Positions 53,957 through 63,299 of a stretch of 64,000 bases of DNA are shown in pieces. Position numbers and translations under genes: made by a program. How positions within the stretch are numbered: the first letter of the stretch is position 1; each line of letters opens with the position of its first letter. Under the pieces are notes generated by a model. It was not told the origin of the DNA and did not search any database. It saw only the letters and a program-made list of their open reading frames with translations. Source of the DNA: an uncultured Clostridia bacterium (GTDB lineage Bacteria; UBA6262; WVXT01); assembly GCA_964403285.1 (NCBI GenBank), contig CAYOFG010000004.1:17292-81291 (forward strand), read 5' to 3'.

Positions 53957-54292
53957 ATGATTTATTTAATGTGTCTTGTTTTATTCTGTATCGGTGTATA
54001 TTGTATTTTGGTAAAGAGAAACCTTATCAAGATTATCATTGGCATAGGGATTGTTGAGTATGCGGTCAACCTATTTTTCGTACTGGTTGGTTATCGTGCG
54101 CAAGGACGTGCGCCAATTCTTGCTAAAGACCAGGTAGTTCAAAATATGGTGGATCCTTTGCCTCAAGCATTAGTTTTGACAGCTATTGTTATTGGTTTGG
54201 CTGTTACTGCTTTGATTGTCGCTATTGCTATAAGAATCTATGAAAAGTATGGAACTTTCGATATTACTAAAATCAGGAGATTACGAGGATAA
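53957..54292 (+). CDS. mrpC: MnhC/MrpC-like subunit
   Basis: RNLIKIIIG and DPLPQALVLTAIVIG motifs. Confidence 0.9.
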   Translation: MIYLMCLVLFCIGVYCILVKRNLIKIIIGIGIVEYAVNLFFVLVGYRAQGRAPILAKDQVVQNMVDPLPQALVLTAIVIGLAVTALIVAIAIRIYEKYGTFDITKIRRLRG

Positions 54293-54295
54293 ACG

Positions 54296-55816
54296 ATGAA
54301 TATGGCGCTATTACCCCTTACCCCTAACTTATTACCATTGTTTGTTGCTATCCCATTAGGTTCTGCTTTTATAGTTTCCCTTTTGGGAAAAAAGTTGAGA
54401 GGATTTTCTGATACTTTTTCCAATTTAGGTACTTTTTCTTTGCTTTCTCTCTCTCTGCTTTCTCTCCTTTTGATTAAACGTTTGGGAACTGTCGTCTATA
54501 AAGTCGGCGGATGGATACCACCTATTGGAATCTGTATGGTTCTGGATAGTTTGACTAGTTTTATGCTGATCACAGTCAACTTGATCGCATTTTTGGTTAC
54601 CATTTATTCTATAAGTTATATGGAAAGATATACGGATAAATGGAAATTCTATACCCTGTTCTTGTTGATGCTCGCTGGCATGAACGGAGTAATCATCACC
54701 GGGGATTTATTTAATCTATTTGTTTTTCTAGAGATTGCTTCTATATCAAGTTATGCTCTGGTTGCTTTTGGGGTAGAACATGAAGAGCTTGAGGCTTCTT
54801 TTAAATATACGGTGATGGGAAGTATAGCTTCCTCTTTCATACTGTTGGGTATTGCCTTATTATATAGTTATACCTCCAGTCTTAATATGGCAGACATTTC
54901 TCGCACTTTGGCACAAGGAAAAAGCAGTCAAGTAGTCTTTTTTGTCAGCGTTCTATTTCTTATGGGTTTTGGATTAAAAGCAGCTTTAGTGCCATTCCAT
55001 GCCTGGCTACCTGACGCCCATCCTTCGGCACCTGCCCCAATCTCAGCTATGCTTTCCGGGGTATTGATTAAGGCTCTGGGTGTTTATGCGTTAGCCAGAA
55101 TCTTCTTCAACGTGCTGGGAATGACTGCTATTTCTTCTTCTATTTTAATGGGCTTGGGAACTATCTCTATGGTTCTGGGTGGGCTCCTGGCATTGGGACA
55201 GGAAGACATCAAAAGATTATTTGCTTATTCCAGTATCAGCCAAATAGGTTATGTTATCTTGGGCATAGGTATGGGAACGCACCTGGGAATTTTAGCCGGA
55301 CTATTCCACCTGTTTAATCACGCCACCTTTAAGTCTTTACTATTCTTAAATTCAGGCTCAATAGAATACGCTACCGGGACAAGAGATTTAAGGAAAATGG
55401 GCGGTCTGACTTCTAAAATGCCAGTTACCGGCTACTCTTCTTTGGTCGGCTCGATGTCTATTTCTGGCATACCCCCTCTGAGTGGTTTCTGGAGCAAATT
55501 ATTGATTATTTTAGCTGCAATTCAAGCCAAGCATTTTATCTTTGCTGCTATCGCTGTCCTGGTGAGCATATTAACATTAGCATACTATTTGAAAGTACAG
55601 AGATTAGCGTTTTTTGGAGAGTTAAAAGATTCGTTGAAAGGGATAAAAGAAGTTCCTCTAACAATGAAGTTATCGATGATTACCTTATCTATCATTTGCT
55701 TATTGGGAGGGTTACTTTTGATTCCTGGGATACAGAAGAATTTTCTTAGTTTAGCCACTGAAGTGTTAACCAATGGCAATAATTATGCACAGACCATTTT
55801 CGGGAGTATAAAGTAA
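54296..55816 (+). CDS. mrpD: MnhD/MrpD-like antiporter subunit
   Basis: DLFNLFVFLEI, KAALVPFHAWLPDAHPSAP, DIKRLFAYSS and GIPPLSGFWSK motifs. Confidence 0.9.
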   Translation: MNMALLPLTPNLLPLFVAIPLGSAFIVSLLGKKLRGFSDTFSNLGTFSLLSLSLLSLLLIKRLGTVVYKVGGWIPPIGICMVLDSLTSFMLITVNLIAFLVTIYSISYMERYTDKWKFYTLFLLMLAGMNGVIITGDLFNLFVFLEIASISSYALVAFGVEHEELEASFKYTVMGSIASSFILLGIALLYSYTSSLNMADISRTLAQGKSSQVVFFVSVLFLMGFGLKAALVPFHAWLPDAHPSAPAPISAMLSGVLIKALGVYALARIFFNVLGMTAISSSILMGLGTISMVLGGLLALGQEDIKRLFAYSSISQIGYVILGIGMGTHLGILAGLFHLFNHATFKSLLFLNSGSIEYATGTRDLRKMGGLTSKMPVTGYSSLVGSMSISGIPPLSGFWSKLLIILAAIQAKHFIFAAIAVLVSILTLAYYLKVQRLAFFGELKDSLKGIKEVPLTMKLSMITLSIICLLGGLLLIPGIQKNFLSLATEVLTNGNNYAQTIFGSIK

Positions 55817-56310
55817 TGAAAAGCAGGATTGTTCTATTTTTTCTGGCATTTTTGGTCTGGCTCGGCTTGACCTGGCCACCTGATTGGCAACATATTTCAA
55901 TTGGAATTCTGGCAGCAATATTTGTAGCCTTTATGACCGGGGATATGTTTACCAAGCGTCCACATCTTTTTAGACATCCCAGGCGATATTTCTGGTTGCT
56001 CTATTATTTACCTATTTTTATCTGGGAATGCATAAAGGCAAATTTCGATGTGGCGTATCGGGTAGGTCATCCAGATCTTCCCATTAATCCAGGAATAGTC
56101 AAAATAAAGACAAGTCTAAAATCGGACACAGGTCTTACATTTCTGGCTAATTCCATTACGCTTACGCCCGGCACATTAAGTGTGGATGTGAACCAGGAAG
56201 AAGGAGTTCTCTATGTCCACTGGATCGATGTGAAGGATAAAGATGTAGAAAAGGCAACGAAAATGATTGCAGGTAAATTCGAACCCATTTTAAGGAGAAT
56301 TTTCGAATAG
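55816..56310 (+). CDS. mrpE: MnhE/MrpE-like subunit
   Basis: ANFDVA, PGIV and ANSITLTPGTL motifs. Confidence 0.9.
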   Translation: MKSRIVLFFLAFLVWLGLTWPPDWQHISIGILAAIFVAFMTGDMFTKRPHLFRHPRRYFWLLYYLPIFIWECIKANFDVAYRVGHPDLPINPGIVKIKTSLKSDTGLTFLANSITLTPGTLSVDVNQEEGVLYVHWIDVKDKDVEKATKMIAGKFEPILRRIFE

Positions 56311-56330
56311 ACTTAACACTATAGTAAATG

Positions 56331-56392
56331 TGGTAGTCGCTCCGATTCATCGGAGCGCACATATTCACGCAACCTAAAGGTTGCGACTACCA
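56331..56392. repeat. GTAG-type REP doublet
   Basis: TGGTAGTCGC...GCGACTACCA with internal CCGATTCATCGG and CGCAACC-TAAA-GGTTGCG hairpins. Confidence 0.8.
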
Positions 56393-56453
56393 GTAGACTA
56401 AAATCGCACTGCGAAGGATGGAGAACGACTTTGGATATTAAGGAGTTGGTAAA

Positions 56454-56816
56454 ATGAACAGGAGGTTACGCTGGCTAATAGGATTATTAATAATAATTGC
56501 ATTATTTGTAGGAATTATATTCTATCCTCCCGCTTCACTCCTTGAGTGGCAGTCGGTTAGTCTTATGCGCTTTTTCTTTATCCTTTCGCTCTGTTGCGTA
56601 TTTTGTCTATATCGCATTTTGAGAGGTCCCACTTCAGCGGACAGGGTAGTTGCCATTGATATATTAGGAATATTGATTGTTGGTTTTTGTGCTGTTTTGG
56701 GAATTCCTACAGGAAGACCCTGGTATATTGATATTGGCATTGCCTGGGCTTTGCAGAGTTTCATAGGCACTATAGCATTAGCTAAATACCTTGAAGGGAA
56801 AGGATTTGAGGAATAA
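56454..56816 (+). CDS. mrpF: MnhF/MrpF-like subunit (N-terminally extended)
   Basis: GPTSADRVVAID and FIGTIALAKYL motifs. Confidence 0.85.
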   Translation: MNRRLRWLIGLLIIIALFVGIIFYPPASLLEWQSVSLMRFFFILSLCCVFCLYRILRGPTSADRVVAIDILGILIVGFCAVLGIPTGRPWYIDIGIAWALQSFIGTIALAKYLEGKGFEE

Positions 56817-57151
56817 TGATAGGAATAATTGCGTACATATTTATTGCGGTTGGGCTTATGTTTGATCTCTTTGGCTGCATTGGTTTGGTGAGGCTTCCCG
56901 ACGTGTACAACCGCCTTCAGGCTTCTACCAAGTGCGTAACTTTGGGCACTTGTAGTATTCTATTTGGACTATTTCTATTCCGGGGATTTACAGACGCGGG
57001 AATTAAAGCATTGCTATGTATTGTCTTTATAATTTTGACCGCTCCCGTATCTGCCCACGCTATTGCTCGAGGAGCTCATATTTCGGGAGTGAAACTCTGG
57101 GATAAATCAGTCTGCGATAAATATGAAGAAGACAGACAAACAGATGCTTGA
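56816..57151 (+). CDS. mrpG: MnhG/MrpG-like subunit
   Basis: GLVRLPDVYNRLQASTK and TAPVSAHAIAR motifs. Confidence 0.9.
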   Translation: MIGIIAYIFIAVGLMFDLFGCIGLVRLPDVYNRLQASTKCVTLGTCSILFGLFLFRGFTDAGIKALLCIVFIILTAPVSAHAIARGAHISGVKLWDKSVCDKYEEDRQTDA

Positions 57152-57165
57152 CAGGAGCGCAGGGA

Positions 57166-57792
57166 ATGAGGTATCCTAAATTACGGGAATTAAAAGAAGC
57201 AATTAGAGCAGTCATTAAAGGTCCATATACAACGAAGTTCCCCCGTGAGCCGCATGTGCCTCAAGAGAAGTTTCGCGGTAAGCCTGAATTTTATGAGAAA
57301 GACTGCGTGGGTTGTTGTGCTTGTGCCGAAGTCTGTCCGGCGAGAGCGATAGATGTCATAGATGATATTGCAGCAAAGCCACCTATACGAAAACTAGTTT
57401 TGCATTTTGATATCTGTATTTTCTGCGGCCAGTGTCAGGCAAATTGTATTACAGAAAAGGGAATCAAACTCACCGGAGAATACGATCTGGCTCTATTTAA
57501 CAGGAAAGAGGCGGAAGTCAAGGTAGAGAAGGAATTATTAGTTTGTGAAGAGTGTGGTAAAGTAATTGGAGCCAAAGACCACCTTTGCTTTTTGGCGAGT
57601 AAACTCGGACCCCTGGCATATGGTAATATGCCTTTACTACTCACCGCATCGGGAGAGCTACAATTAGTAAAGGCCCCACCAATAATAGGTCCTCCTTTGA
57701 GGAGGGCACACATCTTTCGCCTTCTCTGTCCCAGGTGTCGTCGAGAAGTTCTGCTGGAAGATATCTGGGGCAAAAAGAGAACCGAAGAATAA
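57166..57792 (+). CDS. NuoI/MbhN-like 2x4Fe-4S subunit (probable start 57166)
   Basis: YTTKFP, CVGCCACAEVCP and CIFCGQCQANC, plus CEEC/CPRC. Confidence 0.88.
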   Translation: MRYPKLRELKEAIRAVIKGPYTTKFPREPHVPQEKFRGKPEFYEKDCVGCCACAEVCPARAIDVIDDIAAKPPIRKLVLHFDICIFCGQCQANCITEKGIKLTGEYDLALFNRKEAEVKVEKELLVCEECGKVIGAKDHLCFLASKLGPLAYGNMPLLLTASGELQLVKAPPIIGPPLRRAHIFRLLCPRCRREVLLEDIWGKKRTEE

Positions 57793-57806
57793 TTGTCTAA
57801 TAATTA

Positions 57807-58265
57807 ATGGAACTGACAAAACTCAAAAATAGACTCCAGGGCAAAGTATCGATTGTAGGTATAGGGAATCGTTTACGTGGCGATGATGGGGTCGGTCCAG
57901 AAATAATAAAGAGAGTAGAAAATCCCCTCCCTTCTCTACTCTTGTTTGATGTCGGTGAAGCTCCGGAAAACTATTTAGGAAAGATTGTTAAACAGAAGCC
58001 AGATGCAATAGTTTTTATTGATGCGGTTGACTTCGATGCTCCTCCGGGAACGATAAAGGTTGTAGAAACGGACGATATAAGGAATGAGTCTCTTTCTACG
58101 CATAATGTGAGCTTGAATCTGGTAGCGAAATATTTGCAGAAAGAGACCTCTGCAGATGTATTTCTTTTGGGCATCCAGCCAGAAACTACAGAATTTGGAA
58201 GAGAAATCTCCCGGCCGGTAAGAGAAAGTTTGGGAAAAATTGTTAAAATGTTAGAAAGAGTTTGA
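57807..58265 (+). CDS. hycI: Hydrogenase maturation endopeptidase (HycI type)
   Basis: GIGNRLRGDDGVG, APENY, IDAVDF and STHN motifs. Confidence 0.92.
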   Translation: MELTKLKNRLQGKVSIVGIGNRLRGDDGVGPEIIKRVENPLPSLLLFDVGEAPENYLGKIVKQKPDAIVFIDAVDFDAPPGTIKVVETDDIRNESLSTHNVSLNLVAKYLQKETSADVFLLGIQPETTEFGREISRPVRESLGKIVKMLERV

Positions 58266-58285
58266 AACTTTCCTTGGAGGTCTAT

Positions 58286-58633
58286 ATGCATGAATTGGGT
58301 ATAGCTCAGGATTTATTCCGCATAGTAGAGGATAAAGCAAAAGAGAATAATCTGAAAGCAGTCACTAAGATTGTAGTAGTAGTTGGAGAAGATTCGGGAA
58401 TTGAAGAGGATTTTCTGAAGCATAATTTAGTGGATTACCTTATGCCCGGTACTATTGCCGAGAAGGCAGAATTGGAAATTACAAAAGAGCTGTTACAGGC
58501 AAGATGCCAGGCTTGTGGAAAAGAAATAGATTTCCCGCAAAGGTCCTCTTTAGAATGTCCCGATTGCGGAGACAACAATTTAGAAATCACCCAGGGAAAA
58601 AATGTTTACATACGAACTATCGAAGGCGAATAA
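58286..58633 (+). CDS. hypA: Hydrogenase nickel chaperone (probable start 58286)
   Basis: MHELGIA, CQAC and CPDC motifs. Confidence 0.92.
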   Translation: MHELGIAQDLFRIVEDKAKENNLKAVTKIVVVVGEDSGIEEDFLKHNLVDYLMPGTIAEKAELEITKELLQARCQACGKEIDFPQRSSLECPDCGDNNLEITQGKNVYIRTIEGE

Positions 58634-58661
58634 AAAAAATGGGGTCAACTCTATTTTTTGC

Positions 58662-58708
58662 TTGACATAAATAGATAAATTGTGCTACACTTACAAAAAA
58701 AGTAACAC
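58662..58708 (+). promoter_or_regulatory. nikR promoter with overlapping candidate NikR operator
   Basis: TTGACA-18 bp-TACACT with extended -10; GTGCTAC-N13-GTAACAC at 58682-58708. Confidence 0.65.
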
Positions 58709-58717
58709 AAAGGATTT

Positions 58718-59140
58718 ATGGAGATGACAGATTTAGTTCGTTTTGGTGTATCATTAGAAAAAGAACTTTTGAGTAAATTTGATAAACATATCAAAGAGAA
58801 AAATTATCCTACTCGCTCCAAGGCGATTGGGGATTTAATCAGGGAAAATTTAGTCAAGAGGGAATGGACAGAGGGCAAGGAGGTTATGGGAGCGATTACT
58901 TTAGTCTATAACCACCACAAAAGAGAATTGGTAAATAGATTAACCGATGTGGAGCATGATTTTCACCAACTCATCATTTCCTCTCAACACGTTCATCTGG
59001 ATGAAGCCAATTGTCTGGAGATAGTGGTAGTGAAGGGTAAGCCAAAGAATGTTCAGAAATTGGCTTATAGCCTGAAGTCAACAAAAGGTGTAAAACATGG
59101 TTCTTTGACTATGACCACAACCGGCAAGAGAATAGCGTAA
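58718..59140 (+). CDS. nikR: Nickel-responsive regulator
   Basis: VRFGVSL RHH N-terminus, RSKAIGDLIR and HVHLDEANCLE Ni site. Confidence 0.96.
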   Translation: MEMTDLVRFGVSLEKELLSKFDKHIKEKNYPTRSKAIGDLIRENLVKREWTEGKEVMGAITLVYNHHKRELVNRLTDVEHDFHQLIISSQHVHLDEANCLEIVVVKGKPKNVQKLAYSLKSTKGVKHGSLTMTTTGKRIA

Positions 59141-59163
59141 GAGTATTATTTTTTTCGTTATTC

Positions 59164-59190
59164 GTAACACGATTTTGAAAAATGTATTAA
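59164..59190. promoter_or_regulatory. Candidate second NikR operator
   Basis: GTAACAC-N13-GTATTAA, the same 7-13-7 geometry as the site at 58682. Confidence 0.45.
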
Positions 59191-59216
59191 AAATCATATT
59201 TAAAGGGAGGTGAGTA

Positions 59217-60170
59217 ATGAAAGAGAAGATTTTTCTTCTTTTATTCTTGGTCTTGTGTGTAACTACAGTCCCTGCTTTTGCCGAACTGGAGGTCTCAGGA
59301 TTTGTCGATGTTCTTGGTCAAGGTCAACAAGGAGAGAACACAACATTTGGCATGGGTCCATTTGAGATTGATTTCGCTTCTGAATTTTCTTCCAAGGTCT
59401 CTTTTGAAGGTGCAGTTGTGGTGGAGGGAGGAGAAGTAGGTCTGGGGCAAACGCTGGTCGATTTCAAGTTGTTGAATGAAGACAGGTTAGGAGTACAGGT
59501 TGGTCTACTGGATGTGCCCTTTGGAATCGATTATCGGGTCTTCGCCACTCCCGACAGAAAACTGGTTACACCACCACTAGTTACTGAACTGATGATGGAT
59601 GGTGGTTGGGGCGATGTAGGAGTGAATCTCCACGGAGCTGTATCTCTATTGAATTATAATTTATATGTTGTTAATGGAATGGGTGAGGATGGTGATGTTC
59701 CTGTTAACCAAATAACAGACAACAATAGTGCCAAAACCGCGGGTGGCCGTATCGGAGTCTTGCCCATAAAAGACCTTGAGCTCGGCTTTTCTTATGTCCA
59801 GGGCCCTTATCTGGATGGCACAGCTGATGAGGCACTTTCAAGAATCGGAGGAGATATTCAATTTGTTTATGAGCGATTGCAGATAAAGGGAGAATTTGTT
59901 AGGGGGGAGGAAGAAGTACCTGGCGGCACTGATAATGAACATCAGGGATATTACATCCAGCTACTTGGTGAAGCAACAGAAAAGGTTTACGCAGTAACTC
60001 GCTTTGGCTATTGGAAACCTAAAGGAGGTGATAGAGTAACCAGAATCACTATAGGATTGGGATATGACCTCATAGAAAATGTCTCTCTAAGGAGCGAATA
60101 CCAGATAAATGATGAGACACCCAGTGTGGATAATAATCTATTTTCTGTGCAGGCGATATTAAGTTTCTAA
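59217..60170 (+). CDS. Outer-membrane beta-barrel (porin-like) protein
   Basis: Signal peptide, alternating beta-strand pattern and C-terminal Phe (QAILSF). Confidence 0.7.
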   Translation: MKEKIFLLLFLVLCVTTVPAFAELEVSGFVDVLGQGQQGENTTFGMGPFEIDFASEFSSKVSFEGAVVVEGGEVGLGQTLVDFKLLNEDRLGVQVGLLDVPFGIDYRVFATPDRKLVTPPLVTELMMDGGWGDVGVNLHGAVSLLNYNLYVVNGMGEDGDVPVNQITDNNSAKTAGGRIGVLPIKDLELGFSYVQGPYLDGTADEALSRIGGDIQFVYERLQIKGEFVRGEEEVPGGTDNEHQGYYIQLLGEATEKVYAVTRFGYWKPKGGDRVTRITIGLGYDLIENVSLRSEYQINDETPSVDNNLFSVQAILSF

Positions 60171-60216
60171 AAGATATTGTAAAATTTAATGGGGGACTTA
60201 GGATGGTTTTTAGCCA

Positions 60217-60271
60217 GGAGTAGCAGAGCTTGCTCTGCGTTAGCTAATCGCGAAACAAGTTTCGCTACTCC
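60217..60271. repeat. Family D REP doublet
   Basis: GGAGTAGCAGAGCTTGCTCTGCGTTA as at 9199; CGCGAAACAAGTTTCGCTACTCC is the reverse complement of the 28876 arm. Confidence 0.85.
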
Positions 60272-60360
60272 AAAAGATAAAAAAGTTCCCCTAACTTCTT
60301 GACGCTAAGCTTCTAAAAAATTAAATCTTGCGTAAAATTAAGAAAGGGGGTATAATAACA

Positions 60361-61140
60361 ATGAGAAAAATAATGCTACTAAGAAGTCTGGTTTTCACAA
60401 TTCTGTTTCTAATTGGTAATTTTGGTGTCTCCAGGGCCCATTTCGGGATGATAATTCCATCTGATGATATGGTTACCAAAGCCGACAACAAGAACATCAC
60501 TTTGAAAGTTATGTTTATCCATCCGATGGAAGGAGATTATATGAACATGGAGAAACCTAGCCAGTTCGGGGTAATGGTTATGGGAAAAAAACAAAATTTA
60601 CTGAACACCCTAAAGGAAAATAAGGTAAAGGGCCTTTCCACCTGGGAAACTACTTACAAAATCACGCGTCCGGGTGACCACATATTTTACGTGGAGCCTA
60701 AACCCTACTGGGAACCAGCAGAAGATTGTTTTATTGTTCATTATACCAAAGTAATTGTAAATTCACTGGGTATGGAAGAAGGCTGGGATGAAGGAGTTGG
60801 CTTAAAAACAGAAATCATTCCATTAACCAGGCCTTACGGACTCTGGGCGGGAAATGTTTTTCAAGGGATTGTAAAAGTTAATGGGAAACCCGTGTCTTAC
60901 GCAGAGGTAGAAGTTGAGTATTACAATGAGGACGGGAAGGTTAAATGGCCTGCTGACCCGATGATTACACAGGTTGTTAAAGCTGACCAGAATGGCGTGT
61001 TTACCTATGCTATGCCCAGAGCCGGCTGGTGGGGATTTGCTGCTCTCAATGAGGATGAAAAAAAAATAAAGTATAAAGGCGAGGACAAATCGGTGGAGAT
61101 AGGCGCTGTGCTTTGGATCAGGACACATGACATGAAATAA
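60361..61140 (+). CDS. DUF4198 (NikM-like) periplasmic metal-binding protein (probable start 60361)
   Basis: Signal peptide ending AHFGMIIP; [18 protein letters not shown] and [11 protein letters not shown] motifs. Confidence 0.85.
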   Translation: MRKIMLLRSLVFTILFLIGNFGVSRAHFGMIIPSDDMVTKADNKNITLKVMFIHPMEGDYMNMEKPSQFGVMVMGKKQNLLNTLKENKVKGLSTWETTYKITRPGDHIFYVEPKPYWEPAEDCFIVHYTKVIVNSLGMEEGWDEGVGLKTEIIPLTRPYGLWAGNVFQGIVKVNGKPVSYAEVEVEYYNEDGKVKWPADPMITQVVKADQNGVFTYAMPRAGWWGFAALNEDEKKIKYKGEDKSVEIGAVLWIRTHDMK

Positions 61141-61170
61141 GAAACAGAGTCTGTTTCCGGGGCATTTACT

Positions 61171-61226
61171 GTAGGGGTTCAATTCATCGAACCCGCAGAA
61201 ACGGTCTCAATAAATTGAGCCCCTAC
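61171..61226. repeat. GTAG-type REP doublet (family C)
   Basis: GTAGGGGTTCAATTCATCGAACCC...CTCAATAAATTGAGCCCCTAC. Confidence 0.8.
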
Positions 61227-61248
61227 AACGTTATAAAAAGGAGAATTT

Positions 61249-61860
61249 ATGCATATTTCTGAAGGTGTACTTTCCGCTCCTGTCCTGGTGACCGGTGTGA
61301 TACTTACTATTGGTGGTGTTTCTCTGGGACTTAAGAAAATGGATTACGAAAAAATTCCCGAGGTAGCGGTGTTGACTTCCGCTTTTTTTGTAGCCTCGCT
61401 CATCCACGTCCCTATCGGTCCGTCGAGCGCCCACTTAGTTCTGAACGGTCTTATAGGTTTGTTGCTCGGCTGGCCAGCCTTTTCGGCAATTCTCGTTGGA
61501 CTGAGCCTTCAGGCGCTCCTTTTCCAGTTCGGCGGAATTACATCCTTGGGAGTTAATACCTTTAACATGGCGTTTCCAGCAATAGTGAGTTTTTACTTTT
61601 TCCGAATCTTCAACAGAAGATATAATCGCTATGTACTTGTGTCTTCTGGCTTTCTGTGTGGTGTAGTTGGTATCCTGGGAAGTGCCTTACTTGTAGCCCT
61701 CAGTCTGGTAGCTACAGGAGAGGCATTCCTGACAGCAGCAAAACTGATTGTAATTGCTCATTTACCAGTTATGATTATTGAGGGGGTGATAACTGCCACG
61801 GCAGTTGTTTCTCTAAATAAAGTAAGACCGGAACTCTTGACGAGAAAGGTAAAAATTTGA
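61249..61860 (+). CDS. cbiM: Ni/Co ECF transporter S component
   Basis: MHISEGVL N-terminus, SSAHLV and QFGGITSLG motifs. Confidence 0.92.
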   Translation: MHISEGVLSAPVLVTGVILTIGGVSLGLKKMDYEKIPEVAVLTSAFFVASLIHVPIGPSSAHLVLNGLIGLLLGWPAFSAILVGLSLQALLFQFGGITSLGVNTFNMAFPAIVSFYFFRIFNRRYNRYVLVSSGFLCGVVGILGSALLVALSLVATGEAFLTAAKLIVIAHLPVMIIEGVITATAVVSLNKVRPELLTRKVKI

Positions 61861-62504
61861 ATTCTCTGCGAGGTAATATTATAGGAGGAATGGGCATGGA
61901 TACAATGAAAAGTATCTTAATCGGGCTAGTTCTTCTGATATTGCTTTCCAGCAATGGTCTGGCCCATAAAGTAAACCTGTTTGCTTATGCTGAGAATGGC
62001 ATGGTCTACACGGAAAGTTATTTCAGTGATGGAAGGAAGGTAATCGATTCAACGGTAGAGGTCTTTGATGCCCAAAATAATGAATTGCTACTTACAGGTA
62101 GAACTGATAAGAACGGTGAATTTTCCTTCAAAATACCCGAAGCCACTGGTCTACGCATAGTGCTGACTGCCAGTATGGGTCACAAGAATGAATACTTGCT
62201 CAGCGAAGATGAAGTGAGGGATGCGATTGGCATAGCAAAACTACCAGAAAAGGCACCTCCTGAGAAAATGGAAACAGAGAAAAGGCAGGCACCGCCGGAA
62301 AGAGCGACTCAAATTTATGATGACCGGTTGGAACTCCTCATGGAGAGGATAGTAGAAGAGAAGGCCGCTCCTATAATGAAGAAACTCTTAAAAATTGAAG
62401 AGCAGATGCAAAAACCCTCTCTTCAGGATATCATTGGCGGCCTGGGCTATATAATTGGGCTTATGGGCATAGGAATCTACTTTAAATATAAATCAAAACG
62501 TTGA
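61857..62504 (+). CDS. Ni/Co ECF accessory protein (CbiL/NikL-like); true start probably downstream
   Basis: Signal ending AHKVNLFA, GRTDKNGEFSF, MGH; C-terminal DIIGGLGYIIG TM. Confidence 0.75.
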   Translation: MNSLRGNIIGGMGMDTMKSILIGLVLLILLSSNGLAHKVNLFAYAENGMVYTESYFSDGRKVIDSTVEVFDAQNNELLLTGRTDKNGEFSFKIPEATGLRIVLTASMGHKNEYLLSEDEVRDAIGIAKLPEKAPPEKMETEKRQAPPERATQIYDDRLELLMERIVEEKAAPIMKKLLKIEEQMQKPSLQDIIGGLGYIIGLMGIGIYFKYKSKR

Positions 62505-62525
62505 TAAATTTGGAGAAACAACCTT

Positions 62526-63299
62526 ATGCATCTTGAAGAATTTGCCGAGGGAAAATCCTTTATTCATTCTTTAGACCCAAGAATTAAACTGATAAGTTTT
62601 TTTCCTTTTATCGTCATAGTGGCGATAGCCAGAGGATTGACTGTCCCTTCTATTTCCCTTATGGCAAGCGTCATTCTCATCTCATTTGCCCGACTCCATA
62701 TGAGGCCACTGTTGGAAAGACTCCTGGCAGTTAACCTGTTCATCCTTTTTCTCTGGCTCATATTGCCATTCAGCGTTGAAGGTGAAAGCATATTTACCAT
62801 CGGTCCTTTAACGGCAACCTCCGAAGGGATCTCTTACGCGCTCACCATAACGCTTAAGGCTAACGCCATCGTACTGGCAACAATTGCTCTCGTTGCTACT
62901 ATACCTATTTTTCGGCTTGTACACGCTCTGAGGCATTTGAAAGTTCCTGAAAAACTGGTAAGTCTTTTCTTTTTCTGTTATCGTTACATAAGCGTCTTAC
63001 ACGAAGACTATTCTGCGTTACACAACGCAATGAAAATGAGGGCATTTAAGCCTGCTACCAATGTTCATACCTATCGCAGTTATGCCTATCTTGTAGGTGT
63101 GCTTGTACTGAAAAGTTACGAGCATTCGGAAAAAGTGTATCAGGCTATGCTCTGTCGAGGTTTTAGAGGAAAGTTTCCTTTACTTGACCATTTTACTCAT
63201 ATAACCAGGAAAGATTTTATTTTCTTTGTTTCCATGATCTTTGTCGCCGCGTGTCTGGTGACATTGGAAGTAGGCAAGTATTTCTGGGGGTTGCCATGA
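62526..63299 (+). CDS. cbiQ: ECF transmembrane T component
   Basis: LDPRIK, ALRHLKVP..L...RYI and AMLCRGF motifs. Confidence 0.9.
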   Translation: MHLEEFAEGKSFIHSLDPRIKLISFFPFIVIVAIARGLTVPSISLMASVILISFARLHMRPLLERLLAVNLFILFLWLILPFSVEGESIFTIGPLTATSEGISYALTITLKANAIVLATIALVATIPIFRLVHALRHLKVPEKLVSLFFFCYRYISVLHEDYSALHNAMKMRAFKPATNVHTYRSYAYLVGVLVLKSYEHSEKVYQAMLCRGFRGKFPLLDHFTHITRKDFIFFVSMIFVAACLVTLEVGKYFWGLP

